A DNA stretch of 63,842 nt, the filler included. It is 4 parts of 4 records of this genome, joined end to end, with 100 filler letters (N's around TTAATTAATTAA, not from the genome) between each part and the next. Parts side by side here need not be neighbours in the genome. Positions count along the whole stretch, not along the records: positions 29,724 to 42,536 come from DRR723986_7812; positions 42,637 to 58,737 come from DRR723986_7815; 2 more parts are not named here. The stretch is one strand, 5' to 3'. The notes under the pieces were generated by a model. The model saw nothing but the letters and a program-made list of their open reading frames with translations. It did not search any database and was not told where the DNA came from. A program made the translations under genes and the position numbers. Of this stretch, positions 38,125 to 49,892 are shown piece by piece (the stretch's first letter is position 1; each line of letters starts with the position of its first letter).

Positions 38125-40488
38125 ATGCTCTCGAATTTACCTGTGGCAGAAGCCCTCAGCGCCCGGACACCAACACCAGCGGCGCAAACGACCGACGCAA
38201 AGGCCGGAACACCCGGTCAAAGCTTCTTTGACGTTTTCGCCAATGAGTCCAACCCTCGGCTCACGGGTGCGCCTGCTCCTCAAAGCGAGGCACAGGACGA
38301 GCCATCTGTTGATTCCACGCCCAAAGGTGCTGAAACGCCAGAAGTAGCGGGGCTGCCGTCGGATACAATCAAGTCCGGGGCCGCGCTTGGGTCACCTGGC
38401 ATACTGGGCTCACTGACGACTAAACATCATGCCCCACAGACATCCGGTACACCCGAAAACGCCGCAAATCAAGCCGATATCCCAAGTAAAAGCATGGGCT
38501 TACCCACCGCGGCGACATCCCGTCAAACAGGGCGCAGTGATGCAGAGGCCCTTTCTGATCCACGCTCTGACTTGGGGCGCCGACCCGAGGGCGATCCCCG
38601 GTCTGGGGCAATAAAGCCCCTAGATGCCGCGCGCCCTTTAGGGACACCGAAAAAGCCGTCAGGGGGGCCTGTGAGTCAGGTCGTATTGGAATCCACCGAC
38701 CGGTTATCAGAGCAGGTAATTCGCACGGATATGGCCGAAAAACAGCCCCGTACACAGGTGGCTTTGGCTCAGGTTGCCGGTGATCAAAGGAACGCAAATC
38801 ACGTGGCTGCAGACCGGGGCGGTGTCATGCACACCGGCGAGTCACAAACCCCTGATGCAAGGCAGCAGCCTGGTCTTGCCACGACCTTGGGTCATCACAT
38901 GCAACCGGTAGATTCGACCCCACCGCGCCTTGGCGTTGCGCTTGACCAATCCCCCCATAGTCCGGGCGGGTCACATCCGCTGAATGACCGCATCCCTCTT
39001 GCGCCCAAGACTGTGGTGTCTGACCTTTCGGCTCAACCGCGCCAATCTGGCGTATCTGACACAGGGATAGATGCGCAAACCAGTGCGACGCCGATGTCGC
39101 CAACGGCTGAGAAAATTGCGTTATCCGCGCAGGAGCAGGCTTTTCTGAACACGAATAGACCAAGCAGTGATGGGCAACAGATTGTTCACCCTACAAACGC
39201 AACCAGTCAGCCGATTCTGCGTCAGATGAGTGATCAACCTGTCGCGCCACAGATCTCGGCGTTGGCCTCAAAAACACCGATGATGCAAGAGCAGGCCACA
39301 GCGTCGATGCGCCAAGCTGGCGCGACTTGGCAAGCGCCCACAGAAGCTGGTGCAGTGATCAAGGGTGCACCTGTTTCCGGTGCAGCACATGCGATTGGTA
39401 TGTCCGCGCGCCCGACACAAGTTGTGATGCAGCCAACCGCCCCGTCACACTCTGTTCCGTCGGATTCTGATATGTCAGTTGTCCAAGAAACACTGGGGAA
39501 GCAAACCGCGAAAACATCCGACACGCCCTTGACCGCACAGCCTATTGCGGTGGAGCCAAAAGCGCGCCCGACTTATGCACCACTTTCCGAAGTCGGTAAT
39601 CAAGTCCGCCCCGGCGGGTCCCAACCTGCGTCGTCGCACACTTTGATTTCCCCACAAGGGGGGGCAGACGCGGATCAGAACATACCTGTTCCGCAAGTCC
39701 GGATGACCTCCACCGAAAGCGAGACAAAAGTGGTTTCGACCCTTTCGCAAAACCAGCCCAAAGGATCCGTGACCGAAACAGCAAAACCCACGCCAGTTGC
39801 TGTTTCAAAGGCAGATAGGGCGACGGATTCGGACGCACCTTTCACGACAAGACAATCTGAAGTTCCGGTTCAACAGGGGGCTGTAAATCCATCCGCTTCC
39901 GGTCTGAAAACCGCGATGTCCAACACGAACATGCACATCAGCCCGGCCATTTCACAGGGCATGTCGACCTCGGCACTGTTGCATGACGCGGAATTGGCCG
40001 TAGACGACCCATCGGTAGACCCCGCGAGACTTTCCGACCAGGTGTCATTTGGCACGAGCGTATCCGAAGCACCTATCGCATCGGCAGCGCGCCCTGAGAT
40101 GATTCGATCTATTGCCGCTCAAATGGCTGCTGCAGCGCCGCGCGGCATGCAAGCCCCTGTTGAAATCGCCCTGAACCCCGAAGAGTTGGGGCAGGTCAAA
40201 ATGTCGGTCACAACAACGGATACTGCTGTGGTCATGACCATCTCAGCTGAACGGCCCGAAACGCTTGAACTGATGCGGCGAAATCTGGAGCAGCTGACCA
40301 ATGAATTCCGCGACCTTGGGTACAGTGACATCAACTTTGTCTTTACCGGTGATGGGTCCGAATCAGCCAACAATTCAGAGGGATCACACGACAATCAGTC
40401 TGGGTCCTCTGCCGAGCAAGAGCAGGTTGCTTTAACTGAAAAACAAACCCCGTCTGCAACCAGCAGCGGTGTCGATGTGAGGGTATAA
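38125..40488 (+). CDS. fliK: Flagellar hook-length control protein
   Basis: Long Pro/Ser/Thr/Gln-rich region, then VEIALNPEELGQV...AERPETLELMRRN; upstream of flgD. Confidence 0.88.
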   Translation: MLSNLPVAEALSARTPTPAAQTTDAKAGTPGQSFFDVFANESNPRLTGAPAPQSEAQDEPSVDSTPKGAETPEVAGLPSDTIKSGAALGSPGILGSLTTKHHAPQTSGTPENAANQADIPSKSMGLPTAATSRQTGRSDAEALSDPRSDLGRRPEGDPRSGAIKPLDAARPLGTPKKPSGGPVSQVVLESTDRLSEQVIRTDMAEKQPRTQVALAQVAGDQRNANHVAADRGGVMHTGESQTPDARQQPGLATTLGHHMQPVDSTPPRLGVALDQSPHSPGGSHPLNDRIPLAPKTVVSDLSAQPRQSGVSDTGIDAQTSATPMSPTAEKIALSAQEQAFLNTNRPSSDGQQIVHPTNATSQPILRQMSDQPVAPQISALASKTPMMQEQATASMRQAGATWQAPTEAGAVIKGAPVSGAAHAIGMSARPTQVVMQPTAPSHSVPSDSDMSVVQETLGKQTAKTSDTPLTAQPIAVEPKARPTYAPLSEVGNQVRPGGSQPASSHTLISPQGGADADQNIPVPQVRMTSTESETKVVSTLSQNQPKGSVTETAKPTPVAVSKADRATDSDAPFTTRQSEVPVQQGAVNPSASGLKTAMSNTNMHISPAISQGMSTSALLHDAELAVDDPSVDPARLSDQVSFGTSVSEAPIASAARPEMIRSIAAQMAAAAPRGMQAPVEIALNPEELGQVKMSVTTTDTAVVMTISAERPETLELMRRNLEQLTNEFRDLGYSDINFVFTGDGSESANNSEGSHDNQSGSSAEQEQVALTEKQTPSATSSGVDVRV

Positions 40489-40491
40489 ATT

Positions 40492-41163
40492 ATGGAAACG
40501 CAAAGCGTACAAGCGAATTCACCAACAACGTCAAACACAACCCCGGCCTCGGAAACACCGGCGAAACGTGCGTTAACGTCAGATTTTGAAACGTTCTTGA
40601 ATATGCTCACGGCTCAGGCGCGCAATCAGGATCCACTGGAGCCGTTGGATGGGGCGGAATATGCAGCGCAGCTGGCACAGTTTTCAATGGTCGAACAGCA
40701 GGTCAAAACCAACGACACGCTGGCGTCTCTCATGACACAAATGGGCAATTCCGATATTGCAGAATTGTCGAGTTGGGTGGGGAAAGATGTCCGCGCCATA
40801 GCGCCTGCCCATTATTCTGGGGATCCTATCACTGTTACGCCCGAATTCGCTGAAAACGCAGATCGTGCCGAACTGGTGGTGCGTGATTCGACCGGCACAA
40901 TTGTTGAACGCCAAACCATTGCTCTGTCTGAAACTCAGGTCAACTGGACCGGTCTTGAATCCGATGGCACCGCGCGCCCATCCGGTTTGTACAGCTTCTC
41001 GGTCGAAAGTTATGCAGAGGATTCGTTGCTACAGGACAAATCCGCAGCCACATATAACAATATCGTCGAGGCCCAAATCCAGAACGGGCAAATCACGCTT
41101 ATTCTGGAAGGGGGTCAAGTCATTTTGCCCTCGGTGGTGACCGGGGTACGGTCGGGAGCTTGA
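40492..41163 (+). CDS. flgD: Flagellar hook capping protein
   Basis: DFETFLNMLTAQARNQDPLEPLD...QLAQFSMVEQ. Confidence 0.93.
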   Translation: METQSVQANSPTTSNTTPASETPAKRALTSDFETFLNMLTAQARNQDPLEPLDGAEYAAQLAQFSMVEQQVKTNDTLASLMTQMGNSDIAELSSWVGKDVRAIAPAHYSGDPITVTPEFAENADRAELVVRDSTGTIVERQTIALSETQVNWTGLESDGTARPSGLYSFSVESYAEDSLLQDKSAATYNNIVEAQIQNGQITLILEGGQVILPSVVTGVRSGA

Positions 41164-41195
41164 TCCAGCCATCATGAACCGAGTAGAGAGGGCCA

Positions 41196-42092
41196 TTGGG
41201 GTATCCCATTGGCACACTCGGAGCACGTCCGCTGCAGGTTTCACCGCCCTCTTCTCTTGTTCACTGTCTGCGTCAGCGTGGACGGGTCACAGGACCAGCA
41301 ACATTTGCACCGCTGTATGGCGGGCGAACCAATCAGGTTTGGCGTATCTTGGGTCAGCAAGAAGATTTGGTGCTGAAACTGTATCGCACGAGCCAAACCA
41401 ACCCGCTTTTCCGCAACGACCCTGCCCTTGAAGTCCAGTGCCTACAGGCCTTGGCCGACACTGGATTTGTCCCAAATCTGCGCGATTCTGGGCAATTTGA
41501 ACAAGCGCATTGGGTGCTTTATGATCACGCACCGGGTGCAACTTGGCGAGGGAATCCATCCCTTGCGGCCAATGTTTTGCGCGACTTACACACCACTTCG
41601 GTGACGCTTGATGCCCCAAAAGGGTGCAATGGCAGCGCCGAAATCGCAGCCCATGCAGAAACCATACTTGACCTGTGCACATCTGCAGGCCGTGCGCGTT
41701 TGACCGCTTTACGCCCCTCAACATCGGTGCCACCAACCCCCGACATCCGGTTTATCCATGGTGATCCGGTTGCCGGGAATATCCTGTGCCAAGGGGACGC
41801 AGTGATCTTGATCGATTGGCAATGTCCGCTGCTTGGTGATCCTTGCGAGGATCTGGCCCTGTTCCTGTCGCCTGCAATGCAGTTTCTGTATCGCGGTCAG
41901 ATCCTGACTGCCGATGACATTGAGCACTTCGTATCCGCATACGGGTGCCCCGAAACAACCGCCCGCCTGCGTCAGTTGATGCCTTGGTATCATTGGAGGA
42001 TGAGCGCCTATTGTCTTTGGCGCGCAGAAAATGGCACGGACGACTATGCCCGTGCCATGGAATTCGAACTGGCCAGCTTCGTCACAGTGTGA
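41196..42092 (+). CDS. APH/choline-kinase-family phosphotransferase
   Basis: GGRTNQVW, LVLKLY, FIHGDPVAGNIL, LIDWQ, GDPCEDLA; start uncertain. Confidence 0.78.
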   Translation: MGYPIGTLGARPLQVSPPSSLVHCLRQRGRVTGPATFAPLYGGRTNQVWRILGQQEDLVLKLYRTSQTNPLFRNDPALEVQCLQALADTGFVPNLRDSGQFEQAHWVLYDHAPGATWRGNPSLAANVLRDLHTTSVTLDAPKGCNGSAEIAAHAETILDLCTSAGRARLTALRPSTSVPPTPDIRFIHGDPVAGNILCQGDAVILIDWQCPLLGDPCEDLALFLSPAMQFLYRGQILTADDIEHFVSAYGCPETTARLRQLMPWYHWRMSAYCLWRAENGTDDYARAMEFELASFVTV

Positions 42093-42094
42093 CC

Positions 42095-42536
42095 TCAGCC
42101 TTCGCGCGCGGCGGCTTGTTCGTCCTGTTTCTGGCGCACGGTTGCGCGTTTTGAAACAAGTGATGCGGTGATCACCCCAACCGTCACAACCGCGATCATC
42201 AACGTCGACAGGGCGTTGATTTCAGGGGAAACCCCCAGTCGAACCGCCGAAAAGATTTTGATCGGTAGCGTCGTTGCCGATGGCCCCGAGGTGAATGATG
42301 CGATCACCAAGTCATCCAAAGACAGCGTAAAGGCCAGCAACCAACCGGAAATGACCGCCGGTGCGATGATGGGCAGGGTGACCAGCCGGAATGCCTCGGC
42401 CGCTGAACAACCCAGATCCAGCGCCGCCTCTTCCAATGAGCGATCAAAGGTAACAAGCCTCGACGACACCACCACCGACACGTAACACATGGAAAATGTC
42501 GTGTGGGCCAGAACGATGGTCAGAACACCGCGATCC
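42095..42536 (-). CDS. Polyamine ABC permease (PotI/PotC type), 3' part
   Basis: LEEAALDLG, FTLSLDDLVI, LGVSPEINAL. Confidence 0.85.
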
Positions 42537-42636
42537 NNNNNNNNNNNNNNNNNNNNNNNNNNNNNNNNNNNNNNNNNNNNTTAATTAATTAANNNNNNNN
42601 NNNNNNNNNNNNNNNNNNNNNNNNNNNNNNNNNNNN
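42537..42636. other. Artificial contig spacer
   Basis: N runs flanking TTAATTAATTAA. Confidence 0.97.
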
Positions 42637-43632
<996 letters not shown>

Positions 43633-43639
43633 GCATATC

Positions 43640-44161
43640 GTGTCAGTTCACCCACATCGGGCCAGTGCCCTCGTCCTGCTCCTGCTGGCATCGCTGCTGG
43701 CAGGCTGCGGCTTCCAGCTCCGCGGCAGCGCGACTGACACGGCCATACCCGCCAGCTGGCAGAAACTGGCGCTGGTTACCGGCAACCCGAACAGCGAGTT
43801 CAGCCGCGAGGTCCAGGCCCGCTTCGCCGCCAACGGTATCGAGTGGGTCGATCGCGACCAGGCCGATTACATAGTGAGGCTGGGTCCGGAGCGCTTCAGC
43901 CAGCGCAACCTGTCACTGAACTCCCAGGCCAGGGCATCGGAGCTGGAATTGACCATGCGCGCGAACTTTTCGGTCTCGGCACCCGACGGCCAGGACGCGA
44001 TGCCGGATGCCGAGGCAGCGGTGATCCGGCAGATGGAAAACGACCCCCGCAACGTGGTGGGCAAGGCGGAGGAGGTACGCATCCTGCAATCGGAAATGCG
44101 TACCGAGCTGGCGCAGCAGATCATGCGCCGCATAGGCTTTTACGCCGCCAGCACGCAGTAA
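43640..44161 (+). CDS. lptE: LPS assembly lipoprotein LptE
   Basis: Lipobox LAGC followed by GFQLRG; leuS-lptE-holA synteny. Confidence 0.9.
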   Translation: MSVHPHRASALVLLLLASLLAGCGFQLRGSATDTAIPASWQKLALVTGNPNSEFSREVQARFAANGIEWVDRDQADYIVRLGPERFSQRNLSLNSQARASELELTMRANFSVSAPDGQDAMPDAEAAVIRQMENDPRNVVGKAEEVRILQSEMRTELAQQIMRRIGFYAASTQ

Positions 44162-44163
44162 GC

Positions 44164-45198
44164 ATGCGCATCTATCCCGAGAAACTCGCCAGCCAACTGC
44201 AGCAACAGGTTCTCCCGGTCTATCTCATCAGCGGTGATGAAACGCTATTGGTACAGGAGTGTGCCGACGCGGTGCGCGCCGCCGCCCGAACCGCCGGTTG
44301 TTCGGAGCGGGAAGTCATCGAGGCCGGTGGCCGGGATTTCGATTGGCAGGCCATCCTGCAAAGTGCGGGCAGCATGTCCCTGTTCGCCGAGCGCCGCCTG
44401 CTGGAGATTCGCCTGCCCAGCGGCAAACCCGGAGCCGAGGGCAGCAAGGCCCTGTGCACCTACCTGGAGATGGCGTCTCCCGACGACATCCTGTTAATCG
44501 TCTCCGGAAAAATCGACAAGCAATCCACCAACAGCAAGTGGTACAAGGCCCTCGACAAGGCCGGCGCCACCGTTCAGGTCTGGCCGGTGGACAGCCAGGA
44601 TTTACCCCGCTGGCTGCAGCAGCGGGTAGCCGGTGCCGGGATGAGCATCGACCGGGACGCGGTGCAGTTACTGGCCGAGCGGGTGGAAGGCAACCTGCTC
44701 GCAGCGGTGCAGGAAATCGAGAAGCTCAAGCTGCTGACGGAAGACGGGCGCATTACCGCCGAAACCGTCACTGCGAGCGTTTCGGACAATGCGCGCTACA
44801 ACCTGTTCGCGATGGTCGACACGGCACTCGCGGGCAACAGTGCCAACAGCCTGCGCATGCTGCACGGTTTGCGTGGCGAGGGCAGCGAACCCGTGATGAT
44901 GCTGTGGGCGCTGGCGCGGGAAATTCGCACGCTCTACGACGTGCAGAGTGACTGCGATCGCGGTGCCAGTCCGCAGAAAGCACTGGCCGATCGGCGAGTC
45001 TGGAATAACCGCATCAACTTGATGCAGGGGGCACTACGGCGTCACGACGGACGCTCCCTGGGCAAGCTGCTGGAACTGGCAGCGGCCACCGACGCAAGCA
45101 TCAAGGGCTTCGGGCCCGGCCGGCCCTGGGACCTGCTCGAAGACCTGTTACTCACCATCGCCGGCACACCGCTGCCGGGCTCCGCCACCGGGACCTGA
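44164..45198 (+). CDS. holA: DNA polymerase III delta subunit
   Basis: YLISGDETLL, SMSLFAERR, VEGNLLAAVQEIEKL; true start ATG 44164. Confidence 0.93.
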   Translation: MRIYPEKLASQLQQQVLPVYLISGDETLLVQECADAVRAAARTAGCSEREVIEAGGRDFDWQAILQSAGSMSLFAERRLLEIRLPSGKPGAEGSKALCTYLEMASPDDILLIVSGKIDKQSTNSKWYKALDKAGATVQVWPVDSQDLPRWLQQRVAGAGMSIDRDAVQLLAERVEGNLLAAVQEIEKLKLLTEDGRITAETVTASVSDNARYNLFAMVDTALAGNSANSLRMLHGLRGEGSEPVMMLWALAREIRTLYDVQSDCDRGASPQKALADRRVWNNRINLMQGALRRHDGRSLGKLLELAAATDASIKGFGPGRPWDLLEDLLLTIAGTPLPGSATGT

Positions 45199-45241
45199 GC
45201 TCGCAAGCTCGCGCTGCAGGCTCGACGCCGGCGAGGCGACG

Positions 45242-45973
45242 CTAGGGCTTCTCGAATACCTGCACGAAGCGGTCCGTCTTGCCGCGAACCGCGGGATCAA
45301 ACACGAACTTCGAGTAGTCATCTCCGGACCGGCGCAGAATGTCACTGCCCCCCACGTAGGTCAGGCCCTGACTCTCAATCTGGTGGCGCGCGAATTCCGG
45401 GTCGATGCGGTGCAAGTCCTGGGCCGCCGAACTGCCGCTACCGGCTGCCGCCACGTGGTCCACGATCAGGAACCGGCCGCCGGGCCTGAGCGCCGTTGCA
45501 ATCTGGCTGATGAAGTCGTCGGCATCGATCCGGGGCCAGCTTTCATCGGCATAAAACAGGTCGTGGTAGGACATGATGATCATCACCGCATCCAGACTGC
45601 CCTCGCCCAATTCCAAGCTGTCCGGCTCGCGGTCATGGCGCACAACACCCGCAACCTCACGACTTTCAAAACGCTCGGCAATCCCCTTGGCCGCGAACTC
45701 CAGATAGGGCTTGTTGTTGTGCATCAGCACCACGCCGTCCGGGGCCACCACGCGGCCAATGAGCTCACTGTAATAACCGGATCCGGCGAAGATATCCGCC
45801 ACCCGACTGCCGGGACCAATCTCCAGCAGGGCCAGGATCTGCGCCGGATGCTCGCGGTCGTCGCGCTCGATGTCTCCGGGCAGGCGGTCTCCGGCGGCAA
45901 GCGCCTCATCTACCGTGGCGGCGCTGGTGACCGTCGCTGCCAGCGTTATCAGGAAGGCAAACAGGACTCTCAT
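45242..45973 (-). CDS. Secreted class I SAM-dependent methyltransferase-like protein
   Basis: Signal peptide; VADIFAGSGYY, ALRPGG, LHRID, RGKTDRFV. Confidence 0.78.
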   Translation of the reverse strand: MRVLFAFLITLAATVTSAATVDEALAAGDRLPGDIERDDREHPAQILALLEIGPGSRVADIFAGSGYYSELIGRVVAPDGVVLMHNNKPYLEFAAKGIAERFESREVAGVVRHDREPDSLELGEGSLDAVMIIMSYHDLFYADESWPRIDADDFISQIATALRPGGRFLIVDHVAAAGSGSSAAQDLHRIDPEFARHQIESQGLTYVGGSDILRRSGDDYSKFVFDPAVRGKTDRFVQVFEKP

Positions 45974-46101
45974 CGGGTATCTCCCCACAGGTTTTGTCCC
46001 GGCCAGTGTGAATCCACACGTGTATGAAAACAAGACAGGTCATTCCGGCAGGGCGACATTTTGCCTTTTGCCGGGCTTGCGCATCCCGGCTATTGCCACT
46101 A

Positions 46102-46117
46102 CTGTATATCCATACAG
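46102..46117 (+). promoter_or_regulatory. LexA (SOS) box upstream of imuA
   Basis: CTGT-ATATCCAT-ACAG. Confidence 0.9.
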
Positions 46118-46150
46118 TTAATCGAGCCGATCTCCACGGGAGGTTTCACC

Positions 46151-46891
46151 ATGAACGACATGCTTGACCAGGTCATCAACCGCCAGGACACCTGGCGCGG
46201 CCACAACAGCTACTTCAGGGCCCACGAGCCGGCCAACAGCGAGCATCACCACGGCGACAGCCTGACCACTGGCTACAGCAGCCTGGATCAGGCCCTCTAC
46301 CAGGGCGGCTGGCCACTGGGCACCAGTATCGAACTGCTCAGTGACGGTTGCGGGATGGGCTCCATGGGCCTGTTCCTGCCGGTGATGGAAAAACTCAGCG
46401 CCCAGGGTCGCTGGCAGGCCTTTATCGCACCGCCTTATACCCCTTATGCGCCCTTACTGGCGGCGCGCGGCATCGATACGCAGCAGGTGCTGCTGGTGCA
46501 CCCGCAAAATCGGGAAGACCTGTTGTGGGCCACCGAGCAAGCGCTGCGCAGCGGCACCTGCAGCGCGGTATTCAGCTGGCTGGGGGCGGCGGATTACCGC
46601 TATAGCGAGCTGCGCAAGCTGCAGCTGGCCGCCGCCGGCAGCGATAGCCTGGCCATCCTGTTCCGCGCCAACCAGGCCGGACACAATCACGCCCCTGCCG
46701 GCCTGCGCCTGCAGATGCGCGAGTACCGTAAGGTCCATATTCTCAAGCAGCGAGGCGGGAACCAGGGCATCGACGTGACTCTGCCTCCCACCGAGGATGT
46801 GCCTGACCAGCCACAGCTCTGGGAATTGCCGGTGGCACCAGCGGTGGTCAGCAGGGCCTCCGGCGCCGGCGGCTCGGTCGTACACTACTAG
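46151..46891 (+). CDS. imuA: Translesion synthesis protein ImuA
   Basis: TGYSSLDQAL..GGWP, FIAPPYTPYAP, LWATEQALRSG, LRKLQLAA, ILKQRGG; SOS box upstream. Confidence 0.9.
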   Translation: MNDMLDQVINRQDTWRGHNSYFRAHEPANSEHHHGDSLTTGYSSLDQALYQGGWPLGTSIELLSDGCGMGSMGLFLPVMEKLSAQGRWQAFIAPPYTPYAPLLAARGIDTQQVLLVHPQNREDLLWATEQALRSGTCSAVFSWLGAADYRYSELRKLQLAAAGSDSLAILFRANQAGHNHAPAGLRLQMREYRKVHILKQRGGNQGIDVTLPPTEDVPDQPQLWELPVAPAVVSRASGAGGSVVHY

Positions 46892-47081
46892 CCTAGATCA
46901 GGCCGAGTTCCTGGGCAGAATTAATAGCCTGCCGCATGGTTTTTACTTTGAGGCGGATACGCACCTCTCGCAGATGAAAGGCCACAGTAGAAGCGCTGAC
47001 ACCCAAGCGGTAGGCGGCGGCTAGCCATCCGCACCATTTCGCTTTATAACTGACCTCCCCTTAACAACATGGATCAAAACC

Positions 47082-47519
47082 ATGGATGAATTTCCGCACA
47101 AGTACCAGGTCACTGCGTCCGCACTGGAGGGTGAGTACATCGCGGTAAGAGGCGCAGACCTGCCCGAGATCATCACCGATGCCCCGGAGCAGTTCGGTGG
47201 CCCGGGAGGCCGCTGGTCACCGGAGACACTGATGATGGCATCAGTAGCGGATTGTTTCGTGCTGACGTTCCGTGCGATTGCGCAGGCATCAAAGCTGCCG
47301 TGGCAGGCACTGGAATGCAATGTCGAGGGCACGCTCGAGCGAATCGACCGGGTAACGAAGTTCACCGAGATCAGTGTCCTTGCCACCCTGACGGTGGATG
47401 CGGGCACAGACCAGGAAAAGGCGGAGCGCCTGTTACATAAAACAGAAGAAGTCTGCCTGGTCACTAACTCGATGACGGCCACCACCACCCTGACAACCGG
47501 TATCCGGGTCGCTGAGTGA
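47082..47519 (+). CDS. OsmC-family protein
   Basis: QFGGPG..WSPETL...ADC...CLVTNS. Confidence 0.85.
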   Translation: MDEFPHKYQVTASALEGEYIAVRGADLPEIITDAPEQFGGPGGRWSPETLMMASVADCFVLTFRAIAQASKLPWQALECNVEGTLERIDRVTKFTEISVLATLTVDAGTDQEKAERLLHKTEEVCLVTNSMTATTTLTTGIRVAE

Positions 47520-47564
47520 GCAGCCCGGCACCGCTGACCGGCGCGCGGCCATCAGGCTCCGCAG

Positions 47565-47771
47565 ATGGATGAGTGGCTGACCGAGTACGGGGTTACGCTC
47601 GGGGTCGGCGCGCTCATCCTGTTCATGATTTTCATTGTATGGGACCTTGCCAAACGCAGTAACGCTGGCAAATTCGGCACGATGATTCTCTACATCGGCC
47701 TGGCAATGGGTATTGTCGGCTTCCTGATGAAGTTCATCATTACCTACCTGCTGGAAAACGCCGGGGTCTAG
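47565..47771 (+). CDS. Small membrane protein (DUF2788-like)
   Basis: FIVWDLAKRSNAGKFG between two TM helices. Confidence 0.78.
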   Translation: MDEWLTEYGVTLGVGALILFMIFIVWDLAKRSNAGKFGTMILYIGLAMGIVGFLMKFIITYLLENAGV

Positions 47772-47802
47772 GACCACCGGCGACTCTCCTGCGGGTCGGG
47801 GC

Positions 47803-49677
47803 TCAGCCAGCGTCGGCGGCGGCGGCAATCATCCGGTCCACTTTCTGCTCCAGCAGGGACAGGGGCACCGGGCCGTCCTTCAGCACCAGGTCGTGGAAAT
47901 CGCGAATGTCGAAGGCATCACCCATCGCGGCCCGGGCTTTCTCGCGCAGCTCCACGATTTTCAGCTTGCCGATCATGTAAGCGGTGGCCTGGCCCGGCAT
48001 AGCGATATAGCGTTCGATCGCCTTGGTGGAATCGGCCACGCTATTGGGCGTATTGGCCACCAGGTAATCGATCGCCTGCTCCCGGGTCCAGCGCTTACTG
48101 TGGATACCGGTGTCGACCACCAGGCGGCAGGCGCGCCACAACTCCATGGCCAACCGGCCGAAGTCAGAGTACGGATCCGCGTAGAAGCCCATTTCCTTGG
48201 GCACCAGCTCCGAATACAGCCCCCAACCCTCCGAGTAAGCGGTGAAGCTGGCATAGCGCTGGAACTCCGGAATACCCGTTAACTCCACCGATGTCGCCCG
48301 CTGCATGTGGTGACCGGGAAGACCCTCGTGGTAGGCCAGCGCCTCCATCTGGTACTTCGGCATGCTGTTCATATCGTACAGGTTGGCGTAATAGATTCCC
48401 GGACGTGAGCCATCCGCCGGCGGGCCATTGTAGAACGCCTTACCAGCGGACCGCTCCCGGAACGGTTCGACCCGTTTCACGATCATTTCTGCCTTCGGCA
48501 ATATGCCGAACATCTCCGGCAGGCGGGTGCGCATCACATCGATAAGACGTGTGGCTTCAGCCAGGTAGGCAGCACGGCCTTCATCGGTATTCGGGTAATA
48601 GAACTGCTCGTCCTCACGCATGAACACGAAAAACTCATCGAGCGTACCTTCGAATTCCACCTGCTCCATGATCGCCTGCATCTGGGCATGAATATCGGCC
48701 ACCTCGCGCAGGCCGATGTCGTGCACTTCGTCTGCAGTCAGGTCCGTGGTGGTGTACCAGTTCAGGCGCTCGGCGTAGTACTTGTCGCCGTCCTTGAACT
48801 TCCACACGCCGTCGGCATCGGTAGCATCAAGCGACTGCTTTTCCATTTCGGCGATCAACCGCTCGTAGGCCGGCTTTACCACTTCTGTGAGCGCCTTACG
48901 CGCTTCGTCCAGCAGGTGATCTTGCTTCGCCGGGGCCAGCTCAAGTGCCGCGACCTTGCCCTGGAAATCGGCCCACAGTGCAGCATCCTTACCGCTGTCA
49001 TCATAGGGTACGCCGGTAATCACATTACGCGCCGCATCGATCATCTTGGGGTACTGCCAGTCCGCCAGCAGGAGGCCCTCATCGTGGCGGATACGCATTT
49101 GCTCGATCACCTCGTCAAACCAGGTGCCCACGTTATTGAGCCGGCCGATGTACGCCTCGGCGTCCGCCAGGTCAGCCACCCGATGGATATTAATAAGGCT
49201 GCTCGGCATCGAGGTGTGAGGGCCACTGTGCTGGTGAATCACAAACTTGTGGTGACGGAACGCATCGCTGGCCAGCTTTCGTTCCAGGTCCAGTTTGTAC
49301 AGATCCCAGGACAGCTGATCGCTGTCGTTGAGCAACGCGCGGTCGAACTCGGCGAGCTGGGCCAGGCGGGCTGCGTTGATCTCGCGCGTTTCGTCGTAGA
49401 AAGCCTCGGCAACCGGGTTCCACTTGTCGTGGTTGGTCTTGATCCCCCGGTAACTGGCGGTATAGGGGTAGCGCGCCATATCGACCGCGTAGTTTTCGTC
49501 CAGGAAGGTGCGAAAAGCACTGGCCACGGCTGCCGCGTCGGCCGTCGTTGCCATACCGGTACCTGACTGGGCGCCGACCTCGGCATCACCGTTTGTCGGC
49601 GTCTGCTCGCGGGAACAGGCTGACAGGGCCAGGATAAGAATGCCCGCTACTGCGGTTGAAATTCGGATTCTGCTCAC
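47803..49677 (-). CDS. DUF885-family lipoprotein
   Basis: Lipobox LSAC; AYHEGLPGHH, EGWGLYSE, RACRLVVDTGIH, PGQATAY. Confidence 0.9.
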   Translation of the reverse strand: MSRIRISTAVAGILILALSACSREQTPTNGDAEVGAQSGTGMATTADAAAVASAFRTFLDENYAVDMARYPYTASYRGIKTNHDKWNPVAEAFYDETREINAARLAQLAEFDRALLNDSDQLSWDLYKLDLERKLASDAFRHHKFVIHQHSGPHTSMPSSLINIHRVADLADAEAYIGRLNNVGTWFDEVIEQMRIRHDEGLLLADWQYPKMIDAARNVITGVPYDDSGKDAALWADFQGKVAALELAPAKQDHLLDEARKALTEVVKPAYERLIAEMEKQSLDATDADGVWKFKDGDKYYAERLNWYTTTDLTADEVHDIGLREVADIHAQMQAIMEQVEFEGTLDEFFVFMREDEQFYYPNTDEGRAAYLAEATRLIDVMRTRLPEMFGILPKAEMIVKRVEPFRERSAGKAFYNGPPADGSRPGIYYANLYDMNSMPKYQMEALAYHEGLPGHHMQRATSVELTGIPEFQRYASFTAYSEGWGLYSELVPKEMGFYADPYSDFGRLAMELWRACRLVVDTGIHSKRWTREQAIDYLVANTPNSVADSTKAIERYIAMPGQATAYMIGKLKIVELREKARAAMGDAFDIRDFHDLVLKDGPVPLSLLEQKVDRMIAAAADAG

Positions 49678-49816
49678 GTTGTCCTCTCAAAATAGTGCTG
49701 ATTTGACTGAGACAGCCCTTTGACCGTCAAAAAAGGGGCGGCATGATCTACCATGCGGCGACGAATTTCCAGTTTCATGCCGCCGGGTGTGGACAGGAAT
49801 GATCTTGTATCCAATA

Positions 49817-49832
49817 CTGTATATATGTACAG
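49817..49832 (+). promoter_or_regulatory. LexA (SOS) box upstream of imuB
   Basis: TA-CTGT-ATATATGT-ACAG-TA. Confidence 0.9.
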
Positions 49833-49892
49833 TATTTCTAGTTCGCCAGCCAAACTGGCCGCAAGGCTTATACGCCGCCGAAGTGCCGGCCG

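Noticed and set aside
43843-44163. N-terminal extension of holA (451-aa ORF)
   Set aside because: It overlaps lptE in another frame; HolA similarity begins at ATG 44164.
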